Assembly (NCBI RefSeq): GCF_001194135.2
Contig: NC_068995.1
Span: forward strand, 51,224,552-51,288,551
Direction: 5' to 3'
DNA length: 64,000 bases
Source: Octopus bimaculoides
Lineage: Eukaryota
Under the pieces are notes generated by a model that was not told the DNA's origin, ran no database searches, and saw only the letters and a list, made by a program, of their open reading frames with translations. This document shows positions 48,363 to 61,487 of this stretch, in pieces (the stretch's first letter is position 1; the number at the start of each line of letters is the position of its first letter). The position numbers were made by a program, and so were the translations under genes.

Positions 48363-50814
48363 ATATCACTCGTAACATGACCTAAACATATTTTGACTTC
48401 CAATATAGCAAGTATTACGACCCACAATACATATTCGCATTTCAATGGCGAAGGGTTTTTCTAACAGAAATTAAATGTTTATTGAAAAATTTCTCTTGAA
48501 AACGACCCTTTTCCCATACAACAGTGGCAATTCTTTATCAGTGCCAAACCATGAATGTTATGTTTTCGTTGATGTGTGTGTGTGCGTGTTGTTATCTTTG
48601 AATTTAACGGAGCTTCCATCTTTTTTTTTTGTTTTCTACTGAGGTGTGTGTGTAATCAAAAAGGGGGTACTGTAAAGTGCAACACGCAACCAGGTATCGG
48701 GTTCAGTAGTGGGTGTCACGCCCCACTTGTGTATCCAGTACAGTACGACGCGGTACATCAACCTCGGGAAAGGCGAGTGTGCAGAATACGATCCAAATAA
48801 TAATCCTTCCTCCTAAAGGCACAAGGCCTGAAATTTTGGGGACGGACCTCAGTGTTCTACTGGTACTTAATTTATCGATCCTAAAACGATGAAAGGCAAT
48901 GGTGACCTCGGTGGAATTTGAACTCAGAATGTGAAGACGGACGAAATGCTGCTCAGTATTTGTCCAGTACGCTTATGATTCTGCCAGCTCGCCGCCTTAT
49001 AAATGATAACAACATCCAGGAAACAAGTGTGGTATTCAATGCTTTATAGGATATACACGCGTTTCAGCAAAATGTCGAAGTTGTTACATAACAGTAGTAG
49101 AAATATTATGCAATCATGCACTCCACCTCACCACTGCTGTTCTCTGCTTATTATTTTTTGCTCCACCCATCCATACACGCATGTACAGTGGACATGAATA
49201 AATATATTTGCGCATACGCATTATTATTATGAGTACACACATACAGATATATGAGAGTGTTTTTGTATATGTGCTCGTTTTATACAAGGAAAGAGACATT
49301 ATGACTATTATCTTTCCCAAGGGCATTGATGACAGCTTGCTCTGGAAACCTGTTTTCTGGTTTCGTCCATTGATAACTTTACAATATACACCCATTCACG
49401 TGTATGTGTATTAATGATACTGTTGGTGTCGGGTTTTTTTATAACATCCAATTGACTTAACATGTAACCTTGTCTCACTACAACATACTGGTTCTTCGGA
49501 TTACCTTGCACCACTTTCTTAACACTATCATCCACTTTATTACTTTTCCAGTGCCTTCTTCTGAGTCACGTGTGTGTCAAAAGAATTACAACAATCCCGA
49601 TTGCTTTGTTTTGTTTCAATGCCAAAATATGTAGACATTGAAAGAGCTGGTGTCCAATTACGCAGTCGGAAGTCCAAACATACCACAAGCACATTTGAAC
49701 TCGTAATAACATTGCAGGAGTCCAATGTTTCATCGACCAAATTAAGTTGACTCATTATTTATTACGTAAGGCGGAAGGACTGCAAGCTAGCAGAATCGTT
49801 AGCGAGTCGGATAAAATGCTTTTTGCGTTCGGAGTTCAAATACCACCGAGGTCGACTTAGTCTTTTAGCCTTCGGTATTGATAAAATAGAGTACCAGATG
49901 AACACTGTGGTCGATGTAATCGATTTACCCACATCCCCCTTAAGATTTGAAACCATCAATTATGCATGGATTCGAGTTGGCGGAATCGTCAGGAAAAATG
50001 CCTTGAGGCTATTTCTTCCGATCCTTAATGTTCTGGGTTCAAATCCTGCCGAGATCAACTTTGATTTTCATCCTTTCTTGAAGTACAGGCGTAGGTAGTC
50101 TCGACTAAGCCTCCTTCTCTCAAAATTGCTAACCTTGTACCGAAATCGTAAACAATTACGTAAGGAGACGGGTTGGCAGAATTAGTAGAATGTAGCTTGC
50201 GCTACATCTTTCTTCTCTGGCTTTTTACGTTCAGTGTCCGAGGTTAACTTTGCTTTTCTTTTTTAATCCCTCCCGCTCCAAGTAAAATCAATAACCAGTC
50301 ATTTAATCGACTAACCCTCTCCCTGCGAATTTCAGGCCATGTTAGGAACACTCGTGAAAAGAGGTTTGCCGTAAGACCAACGAAACACAAACACGCTACC
50401 TATCATTTTACAATCATAGGGGGTCGATGAAATAAAATAACTGAATATTGATTTAACCGTACATACCCCCATCTCCTTCCCATCACCATCTCATCGCGAC
50501 CATTTTCTGGTTTTCTACCAAAATGTACGGAAGCAATCATATATAATGTCTGGAAAACAAAAATATCTTGTCTTAATTCTTTATTCTCCACCCGTAGGTG
50601 AATCATTATATTTAGCTTTCATTCCATTATTTAGAGAGATGTAGCTTCTATCCTTCTTTGCTATTCCCCCCTCCCTTTCCCATATTCACACACATTCAAT
50701 GTATTTATGTCGTTTATTATCATTATTCATCTGTTAGCAGTTAGCAGGTGTTTGTGTTTGTATATACAAGTCACTGAGATAGGATTTAGTTTGATGTAAA
50801 GTAGCATCTGTGTA

Positions 50815-50871
<57 letters not shown>

Positions 50872-51016
50872 NNNNNNNNNNNNNNNNNNNNNNNNNNNNN
50901 NNNNNNNNNNNNNNNNNNNNNNNNNNNNNNNNNNNNNNNNNNNNNNNNNNNNNNNNNNNNNNNNNNNNNNNNNNNNNNNNNNNNNNNNNNTTATATAATA
51001 TACATACATACATACA

Positions 51017-51065
<49 letters not shown>

Positions 51066-51419
51066 CTCTCTCTCTATATATATAATGTGTGTTTATTGCC
51101 TTTACCGTCTTTTTTATGTAAAAATGATTAAACATTAAATTGAAGGATCACTTGATGCTTTTTTGCTGAGTAACATTTTTTTTTCAAAAGAAAACGATTG
51201 ACAGTGACTTCGAATCCGTCTGACGACGGGCCAGTGAGCCGAGACTTCGAAGTCACCGTCGATCTTTTCCTTGTAAAATTTCACATGTCCAAATTCTATC
51301 ATCTCCGTTTTATTCAAAAAGAAGTACTCCAGGCAGTTTTGGAACATTACTTCGTGCATATTATTTTGTCCAAGCTCAGGATTTCCTGCTACTTAGAAAA
51401 CTGTACCAGCGAATGAAAT

Positions 51420-51711
51420 AGTGTGCGCGTGTGTGTATATGTATATATGTGTGTGTATATATATGTATATATGTGTGTGTATATATATGTATATATGTGT
51501 ATCTATATATATATATGTATATATATGTGCGTGTGTATATATGTATATATGTGTGTATATATATATGTATATATATATATGTCTGTATGTGTGTATGTAT
51601 AGATGTATATATGTATATATATATATATATGTCTGTATGTGTGTATATATATAGATGTGTATATATGTATATATATATATATGTCTGTATGTGTGTATGT
51701 ATAGATGTATA

Positions 51712-51744
<33 letters not shown>

Positions 51745-51782
51745 GTCTGTATGTGTGTATGTATAGATGTATATATACACAC

Positions 51783-51849
<67 letters not shown>

Positions 51850-51855
51850 TATATA
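51420..51855. repeat. Compound TA/TG microsatellite with recurring gtctgtatgtgtgtatgtatagatg units
   Basis: Directly visible; source of many spurious YI/HT ORFs. Confidence 0.9.
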
Positions 51856-52569
51856 TAAAGGCGGGGGGCGAAGTAGGATTATTATTTTCATTTTCCTCTC
51901 AAGGGCAATGTGACAACGACGACCAAAAATCGAAACTAGTTCTTAACTGGTCGTTGGCACTAAGTACACACGCACCAATAATGGTGGATGATGCATTCAC
52001 CTACTTTTCGTAGTTTATTTCGCCAAATATGCAGTAATGTTTCAGTAATTCTTTTCTTATTCGTCTTCCTCTATTTCGATATCCATTATTTTTCTCTCTT
52101 CCAATTCATTCACTTATTTCTCTCTTTCTTTCTTTTCCTTTCTCTCTCTCTCTCCCATTCTTCGTCCTAAGACTTTTTCATCTCATTGCTTTTCTTCTTC
52201 ATTCTCTTTCGTTTTTTTCTTTTCCGTTCATCACTTAAATTAAAGAGAATTATCTGCTTTTAATCTGAGAAAATTCTAATCACGATAAAGACGAGCTGTC
52301 TTCTCATTAATAATGTTAAACCTCACCCTCTCTACTTCAAACCCAATCAGTCCAAATTCCACCGTGGTAGAATGTACAAAACTACCAATCATTTATTTTG
52401 TAACTCTCTCCATTGTATTTACATTATGTAGTTTTAGTTCCTTTGCATCTAGACTGAATAATGCTTTATATGAAATATCTTCTCGAAGCATTTCACGATT
52501 TTGTATTGAAATTTCGCGAGAGAGGTAACCCTCATTCGTGGTCGATGAAATATGAAATCGACTCCACGA

Positions 52570-52880
52570 CGGAGACTCTACGTCGTCGTTTAACCTACTG
52601 GAAATAGCAGCCAAATCTTCCTAAAATCACATCTTACCGTCTTTAAGAAAGACATTGGATAACGCATAGATGTGCTGTCTGACGGAATGGTCGCAGCTAG
52701 AATGCCTTGATTATTTATTCTGGATCAAAGCTAACGAAGAATCGGCTACTCGATCGCTCAATCTGCTATTAATGACTGAGCGATCTGCTATTAATGACAG
52801 CCGAATAAATCTCCTATTTGGTCCTGGCTGGATCGCCTTTAATCATAGGACTGTTTGATCAAGGATGACCTGGGGCTAAG
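52570..52880 (+). mobile_element. Interspersed repeat, family C
   Basis: ctactggaaatagcagccaaatc...cattggataac...tagaatgccttga...gacctggggctaa; relatives at 3030-3180, 43150-43352, 44560-44740 and 47335-47460. Confidence 0.65.
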
Positions 52881-55760
52881 CGATAACACTACATTAAGAG
52901 TAACAACGGCTTCTACATTTAATGTTGATTGTAAGCTAAATAGAATGCAAAAAGAAAAAAAAGAAGTACTTCTCAACTTCGCTGTACTATTTTCTTTTCT
53001 CTTTAGAGATAATTCGGTAAATTCATTTTATCTATCACAAACTGCAGTGGTATATTCTACTTCACTTACAAGACTGTTTTTCTAAGCAATATATAAACCA
53101 GTATTTTTTTCCTTTCTTCATCTCCAGTTGGAATATTCTGCGTTTGCATTCCTTCCATTCTTTATCTTTATTCGTTTTTCTTTTTCAGCTGATTTCGTTC
53201 AGCTGTTTTACTTGCCTGCCAGTAATGATGCCAGTGAATGTTGTGAAGTTATTGTTGTTAGTAGTAGTAGTAGTCTGAAGACTTCGGAGGCAAGAAGTGA
53301 AATTTCATTCCTCCTCTCACCGACAGGATAGACGTATACTTTTACATCATTTCATGGACTGTGGCAGTGCTTGTTTGTCTATCTTTTTTGACTTTAGAGC
53401 GCCCTAAAATAAAGCTTAAAAAAATGATAGGCACACTTCGAATGTAAATCTATGATTTAGTACACACACACGTATTTTGTTTTATTAATATTTGTTTGTG
53501 TATAATTTTCTGAAGATCCTGTATACCTACATGTGTAACTCAGAATTAGCAAGAGACTGACTCGACCAAAATAATATGTGGTTGTCTGTGTTTCTAACAT
53601 AGGTACAAGGTCTAATGTTTGGCAGATGGATTAGTTGACACCGTCGACTTCAGTACCTGTCTGGTTGACCTTGGCGAATTTGATTACAGCGCAGTCAGAA
53701 CAAATATCTCAGAGCATTCTATCCGACATTCTAACGAATCTGTTGCCAAATTCCCACCGTTATATATTCGGAGAAAAACCGCTGGATGGTGATTCATTAT
53801 GTGATGAATAGATTTGATTCATAACACACCTCACTTCATTTAAGATAGCGTGTTAGCGCTTGCTGCATATTAAATGCAGAACAAGTTAGTTATGAGCCGA
53901 ACGTTTGTATTCAGAATCTCCATGATCTGTTATACAAAACGAAAGCGACGTAGCAACCAATATCTAACACTTCAGCAAGAAAGTTCCATGTTTTGATATA
54001 ATTATATCAAAAGTAGTAGAATGAGAAACAGGAATAAAGAAATCATTAAATTTTATGTTCAGAACTGTGATTGATTTTGGTGTTTATAGTTTTTTTTTTT
54101 TTGTTTTTTTTTTCAAATTGATCAATTTGCATTTTATGCTTTGCACGAAAAAGTTTAATTTTTGAGTTCAATTGATTCACCCATATTACTGCATGTGGAT
54201 ATGTTTTGTTGGGGTGTGAAAATTTGCCAAACTTTTCCTAGAGGTGTTGTGACATAGAACAGATTAAGAAGTGTGTAAATGATAGTTTTAGCTGTCACTT
54301 CATTTTCATTTGATTTTTGAGGTCAAGGGTGTTGAGATTACAAACATTTTGAGCAAAGTTACCAACATTAGATACACAATTTTGATGAGATATCAAAGTG
54401 GCATCGGAGAAAAAGGCAAGTTATGTATTATGGTAACGAACTCAGTGACTGAGTATGACCATTGCTTGCTAATGAACTGCAGAAGGAAGATGAGATTTCA
54501 TCCCAGCACATGATAATTACTAGATTTTCTTGCAACTACAACATAAATGTCTCCTCTCAGTTAAATACATTGCAGAATAATGACATTTGGCACTGTGTAC
54601 AGACATATGTCTCTACAGACCGCCAATAGAAAGGTGTCTGGTATGTGATTGGCAGACTTTTGTTCTTTCAGATTACCTGTCATTAGCTTGCTTTCTTTAG
54701 TTCATCCTATATAAAATGACCGTCGTCTTTTGGTTTCCATCAGTCAAATACAACCAACTAGCTTTGGTCGGCCTAGGGCTATAAGTAGAAGAAACTTGTC
54801 CAAGGTGCTGGAAGTTATTGTTAGTAGTTGTGGTAGTCTGGAGACTTAAAGCAGCTAATATGAATGGACTTAGAAAATCTAACTCAATTACAAATTGAAT
54901 GAGGTTTCCTTCCTTGTGGATCATTTCAGTTTTGTATGTTTTCTGTGCTACTTTTCAGAACACTAGGGACTTGGACTCATTGAATATTTTTTTGGTTTTG
55001 GTTCCACTTTGTCCGCTCAACTGCATTTAACCACCTCCCCAACTTTCCACATGAATATCACCTTTTTGCTTATCAGATTTAAGGTAGTCTTTGTATTGTG
55101 ATGCATGCATGTGTGTAGGTCTGCACAAAGCTGGTAATAACTGTCCCTGAACTGATGTGAAATGTAGGCTCCATTTCAAGTGACTTTTAGTAATCAGTGC
55201 TAACTAAATACATTGTATGATTTACGTTTGGGTTACAGATATACACACATGCATATACAGAATGTGCCAACAATAAAGTAACATAACAAAAAAAAAAGGC
55301 AATTTATAAGAAGTTTAATGTTCTACCACCAATTATTACATCTGCCACCTCTCTGTTCTGGCCTAGATGTGTGTGTGTGTAGGCATGCATGCCTATGTAT
55401 TTTTTTTAAAGCTATTTTCTTTATATGTTTGTATATTTTTGTCCTTTCCTTTTGTTAGGAAAAAAAAAAAAATTTTAATTTCAGTTTACATGGAATTAGA
55501 TATGTTTTCAGACATGGGAAGGTCATTATATTAAGCAACAGCCACCATTTTTACAGGCTTGGTATGGCGACTGCTTTGTGTGTTTTAAACTCTGGATCAT
55601 TCCTGATCAAGCAGCTGTTAATATTGCGTGTTAATATGCAGATTGCCATCATAAAAAAAAAAAAGTGAAAGCAAATTTTCCTAGGAAAACAAAAAAAACA
55701 AAAAAATGAAAGTAAATTGTGATAGAAATTGGAAGTGATGATAGAATTTCATAAAGCTGT

Positions 55761-55925
55761 TGGATATCGAATGGGTGGGCTTCCTATGTGGGTCTCGGCA
55801 GCTTTGGTACTCATGAAGTTGTCTGCCATTCACTGAACTTTATTGATCCAGATGTTGACAGTATTCATACAGAGGCTATAGATGGGCAATGGATGCTTGT
55901 CAAAACACAACTAGTGTGGGACTAG
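55761..55925 (+). pseudogene. Merlin (IS1016/IS1595-like) DDE transposase fragment
   Basis: 54 open codons: WISNGWASYVGLGSFGTHEVVCHSLNFIDPDVDSIHTEAIDGQWMLVK, matching the I.SD.W.AY..L....H..VNHS..FVDP....HT..IE..W...K motif. Confidence 0.8.
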
Positions 55926-57989
55926 TGGTGATTTATTTATGTCATGTCTTCATTAGCATGTGTGGTGAAACAAATTAAAGGTTTTGAAGATCTATTCATG
56001 AATCTCACTTCTGCTTTGGTGACTCTATTTTCCCCTGCAAATGTCATTGTTTTCATCCTGTATAGAATATAGTTTTCTCTTCTGGTTTCTATTGCATTTT
56101 ACTTTAGGTGTTTTAGGACGATTTACTTTCACTTTTTTATGATTGTAAACCACATATTAACCATGTTCCAGTATATCTAGTCCCACATTGTTTGATGTGG
56201 TGTCATTTCTTTTCTTTTAAAATGATAGGGTGTGATTTGAGGGTGGTTTCACTGTTATTTCTAGCATGTCAAGCAACTGAGTTGAGGCTTCCTTGTCTCC
56301 TACATAGAATTGTAGCATCCTAGGTCAACACTGGTTGATCAGGCTCATTACATGCTGGTAGCCGGCCAGATGACCAGGTGCTACTCATATATTCCTAGTT
56401 TGCCTAAATTTCCACTTAGCTCAAGACTATACTGTACATCATAGTCTCTCCATTGTCCAGTCTGTTCCAGTATGTCCATAGATTTTTGTGATGGCTACAT
56501 TAAAAGTGGAAAACACAGACTGACAGTGTGTGATGGTTACCATACCTCTGCACTTATTATTGGTGGTGTATTTCAGCATGTATTTGGGGGCCAGTGGCAC
56601 TATTTCCTCTTTTAATTCATGTTGTAGCTGTTTTTCTGATGTATGAGTTTCTCATGCTTGTCAGAGCTGAGTGGGAGAGAAAGTGTCTTTTTTTTTATTA
56701 TGGTGTTGTATATCTCTGAGTATATGTAGTGACATGCACTGTAGAAGTGAGAGAAGCTTGCTTTGGCTAAAAAACTGATGTTTGCATGTTATAATTTATG
56801 ATGGTTGGTGTCTAGTGTTTCCAGAATTATTACATGGATGATGTGAGTGATGATGTAATCTTTTAGTTTCATAAAAGTGTTTTTAATGCCTTTTCTATTG
56901 AAGACTATTTAGATTTTTTTTGTCATGTTTGCATAGTTTATTATAGTCCTGTGAAGTCATGATTTTTTCTGGATTATCTGAAAAATGTCGTCAAGAGTTT
57001 GTGTTAGTGTTATGAAGACTTTGTTCATCATTACTTTTGTGGTGGTTCTAAAGCCCCCTTCATGTAGAATTGTAATTTAGTCATTCTCTTGATGGCATTT
57101 GCACATGGCGTGGGAAGATTTTATCATTTGACTAGCATTCTGGCAGTGTCTATTCCAACTATTTTTTTTGCATATCATATTCATTATCAATTTATTCTAC
57201 ATATATTTAAACATTTTTAAAGCAGTAGGAAAGTATTTGAGGGAGATATGGTCACAGTTTCTTGCACGTGGAATAATTGCTTTAAGCACAATGACATTCC
57301 AAGGACCTTAACCTGTTACAAACTTCTCTTCCCCCTTTTTTCCTCCACTTCTTCTTACTACTTGTCCTTTCCTTTTTAAGTGTTACGTAGTGAATCTGCA
57401 GGAAATGAAGTGGAATAAAATGGATAAGACCACTCCTGATTATTTATCCGATTACGTCAGAACGGGATATTATTGTCCTTTGCGTTTCCCCTTAAACTTA
57501 GACAGACAGTGAACTGAACTACATTACACATTGTTCATTGATGTGATAGAAATCTTTAACCTACTTCAAAAAATGCCAGTGTGTATCTATGTGTTTGTGT
57601 ATTTCCCAATAGACTTGATGATCACTTCCTTAGCTTGTGTTTCATCTATGTTTAGTAGCTGTTCAGGCAGTATCCNNNNNNNNNNCCCCACCAAACTGCA
57701 AAGGTTAGGTATGGCTGCATGGTTAAGAAGCTTGTTTTGTAACCATCTGGTTTTGGGTTCAAACTCACTGTGTGGAAGCTCACTGTAATCAAATAACTAA
57801 AGAAACGAATAATTCTGCTCAGTATGTTGGCCGTAGTTGTTACTAGGAGAAAAATTTTGCTAAACAGTAAGTAGTGAGAACAAAACTCTGTCACTGGAAA
57901 AATGGAAAATACTTGTATTGAAAAAATAAGCACAAAATTGTAAGGCGTACTTTGTAAAACTTATAAACACTTTTGTATTATTCTTGTTG

Positions 57990-60062
57990 TGGTTCCTATT
58001 GCTTTTGATTTAATTGCTCTTTTGAAGGCATCAACAAATCTTTCTGTTTGTCCATTGGACCTGAGGATGATAAGGAGGTACATGAATATGTCTCATGGCT
58101 TTGGTTTTGAAAAACTGATTGAAACTTAACGATGTGAAGTGAGGTCCATTATCTGATACTAGAGTTTCTATCAAATCAAATCGACTGCATGCTTGCCTTA
58201 ATTTGTGAATTGAGTATGAAATTGAAATAATGTTCATCGTAAAAATTTCAGGCCACTTTGAGAAGGCATTGACTAGTAACAAAAAATATTTTTTAGGGTC
58301 ACCAAAATCAAAGTGTATCTTGTATCTTGGTTTTTCTAGCACTGGTCATAGTTTCCAATCAGAGATCTAAGCATCTTGGTTGTTTGCACTCAACTATGAC
58401 AAGTGTGTGCTAGGCCCTTTTAAGTGTTTGTTGATGTCAGGCCAGAACACATAATTTCTTGCAATTGATTTCATATGATTTATACCTCGGTGGCCCATAT
58501 GTAATTGCTTTAAAAGTAGATTCTGTCATTCTTGAGGAATAATGACTTTCTCTCTCTCTCCAAACATAAAGCAACTATTCACGACCGATAAAGACTCTTG
58601 TCTTTGAAAAAACTGTTTCAGGTTTTTTGAATAGTTTTCTTTGTCAATCAATTTTTTTGTTATTTATAAACCAACAGTTAGGTAGGATTTTTTCTTATTG
58701 TGTCTTCAGCCATATCTGCTGACACAGGAATAGCATCTGTTGTGGTATATAAAACGTTTTGCATATCATTTTCAACATAAATAGAAGCAGTAACAGCACC
58801 ATCATTGCCTAACTTTTTTGATTCATCAGGAGATGCAATAATGCATCAGCTTTATTCAATTTATTCATTGACTTGTATTTAATTTGAAAGGTATAACCAG
58901 ATAGCATTGTTGCTCATCTTTGTAAGCAATTTGTTGTGTAAATTGGATTGCTTTCCTTCAAGCCAAAAATAGATACAAGGGGGTTTATGGTTGGTAAATA
59001 AAAGAAAAAGTCTTCCATGCACCATCTTAGGAAATCTTTTATCTGCAAAAACAAATGCCAACGCTTCCTTTTCTGTTTGACCATAATTTGTTGCTGCTTT
59101 ACTCCAGGTATGAGCAGTGTGTGCTATTTATTACATTTCCAGTGCTGTCTGGGAATACTTAAATGACAGCTCTGATAACACAAAAGCATCTACAGCTAGT
59201 ATTATTTCTAATTTCGAGTCACAATGGGTTAGTAGTAAATCAGATTGTTATAATTCTTTTGCCTTCTCAAAAGCTTTTGAGCTTGTAGGCATTCAATTCT
59301 GTTTTGAGTTTTTCTCAAGTAGATGGTTTAAAGGTCTTTGTAAGCATTGCATGAAACGTAGGAACACACTGTAATAGCTAAGAAGTCTTAAAACCAATCT
59401 CAATTTGCTTATATCTGATGGAAGTAGCATTTTCAGAATAGCTTCTACATTTTCTAGGTCTGGTTTGCAACTGTCTTTGTTTATAATAAAACCAAGATAT
59501 TTTATTGATGTCATAACAAAAACAGCATTTATCTGGTCTTACTTTAAAACCAAATGAATTCACTTTGCGGGAAAGAATATCCAATCAATAAAATACTTCT
59601 TTCATTGAACCAATTACTACAATATTGTCTGGATAATCTATAACATCAAGAATACCTGCTATCATTGTGTCCATTATTTGTTGAAAAATAACTGTAGCCA
59701 TTTTTTTTTCTATCTAAATGGCAATCTTTGATATTGGAAAAGACCTTTGTGTGTATTAATTGTCAACAGTAGCTTGACTTGTCATTGAATTAAATTTGTA
59801 GATAATCATCAGACAACAATTTCTGTGAAGTAGCAGCCACCATTAAGCTTGTTGAAAATATCTCCAGGAATAAGCAGAGGGTGGGATTGATCTTTTGAGA
59901 CTTCATTTTATCCAGTAGAAAAATCTGTGCAAAGGTGAACCAAACTGTTTGCCTTCCAAAGAATAACTACTGGTGCTGCCCAAGTTGAGTACTTGACTAT
60001 TTTGAGATTGATTTGCATATGGAACAGGTCTGCATGACTTAAACACAGGCTTTGAATTGGCA
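57990..60062 (-). pseudogene. Ty3/Gypsy pol remnant (RT-RNase H-integrase)
   Basis: KPVF...RPVPYA, TWAAPVV..KANS..LC.DFSTG, IKYLGFII...KPD.ENVEAI.KM, QTEKEALAFVFA...HGR.F.L.TNHKP, AFSKWPEI...LVSDNGP.FTS...PPYHPQ.NGQTERFVD.FKRA; many stops and frameshifts. Confidence 0.92.
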
Positions 60063-60809
60063 CTTGATATCTTGGCTATAGTTGTTATTAGGATAATAGT
60101 TTCACTAAACAGTTGTGAGAATAAGACTCTGTCACTGGAAAATTATCTGTATTGGGAAAATAAATGTCAAAATGAGATTGGGCAAGAGTTGGATGTCCCC
60201 TGAGGAAAAGACAAAAGAATAATTTTATATGTTCTCTGTAATAAGTCTTCAGATAACTACCTATTGGTTGCTGTAATTAACATTTGAAGAATTCTTAAAC
60301 TAAACAATCTCATTTTCTATAGTGGATTTTGAGGTAAACTGGGAGTTAATCTATTGTTGAAATTTATGGCATGATTTTCTGCTGCTTAGACCCATTGCTA
60401 CCATATTTGTGCTGAAATATACTGCATTTCTTTCAATTAATTTTGAAAATAATGAAGAATATAACCCATACCAGCATGGAAAGTGGACTTAGAAATAATG
60501 ATAACGAATACAGTAAAATGATTTGTCATTATTAAGCTGATTTTTTTTTTTTGGAACAAATTAACACAAACTTTTAATAAGGAATTTTGTTTTTTTTATT
60601 TAGATCACTTTAACCCTTTAGCATTTAAACTGGCCAAAATATTCCACCAGGTCCAGCCTCTCACACCTACCATACAAAGCTACAAGATAATGCATAATTA
60701 ATTCAAAACAATGTAAAGGAATAAGCATAAGTGACTAATTAGCTTTCCAGACCTATTTGTATGAGAAGTAGTTTGATTTAATATCATCCACTTTGTTTTT
60801 ATTTTAAAA

Positions 60810-61115
60810 AGCTTGCTTCCCAATCACATGGTTCAGGGTTCAGTCCTACTGCATGGCACCTTGGGCAAGTGTCTTATATTATAATCTTGGGCCGACCAAA
60901 ACTTTGTAAGTGGATTTGGTACATGGAAACTGAAGAAGCCCGTCGTGTATATTTGTGTCTGTGTTTGTCCCTCACCACTGCTTGACAACTGGTGTTGGTT
61001 TGTTTACATGCCTGTAACTTAGCAGTTTGGCAAAAAGAGATTGATAGAGTAAGTACCAGGCTTTAAAAAAAAAAAGTAGTGGTGTCGACTCATGGCAAAC
61101 ACAGCCGCAGCCTAA
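60810..61115 (+). mobile_element. tRNA-headed SINE, family A
   Basis: Same head and body as 15547-15930. Other partial copies at 13590-13760, 39660-39828 (minus) and 40365-40640 (minus). Confidence 0.8.
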
Positions 61116-61439
61116 TGACTGAAATGGATAAAAGATTTATTTTTGTTCCACAGAATGTATGGTGGATTCAGTAATTAGCCTAGATTATATTTTTCACCAT
61201 TAATATCTCCTACTTAAGGTACTTTGATTGTTCTGTTCCGTGGTTACTTACTTTGACCATTTTGTTTGACATCTAATAAATGTCTTTTCTTATTTGATTG
61301 CTTAATTCTCCGCCTTTATTCTAAGTAAGGATGAATAGTTTCTCGAAACTAAAAAAGTCTTGCTACTGAAGTAGAGAGCAAACAAGATTTATTTAATACA
61401 CTTGGAGTCAGTTTCTACAACAGCAATATATTGTTGGCA

Positions 61440-61487
61440 AGCTATCAAATAGCTATCAAATAGCTATCAAATAGCTATCAAATAGCT
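61440..61487. repeat. 11-bp tandem repeat agctatcaaat, 4 copies
   Basis: Four perfect units plus a partial fifth. Confidence 0.95.

Noticed and set aside
49308-49755. Two adjacent minus-strand ORFs with protein-like composition (…DDSVKKVVQGNPKNQYVVVRQG…)
   Set aside because: No recognisable motif, inconsistent frames and no convincing splice pair.
53274-53310. CTGAAGA-cttc...gaag-t-GAAA hammerhead-like string
   Set aside because: Stem II register is off by one and stem I cannot form beyond 3 weak pairs.
61154-61178. MYGGF, an enkephalin-like YGGF motif after a good acceptor
   Set aside because: Wrong phase for gene 2 exon 1, no dibasic cleavage sites and a stop two codons later; likely coincidence.
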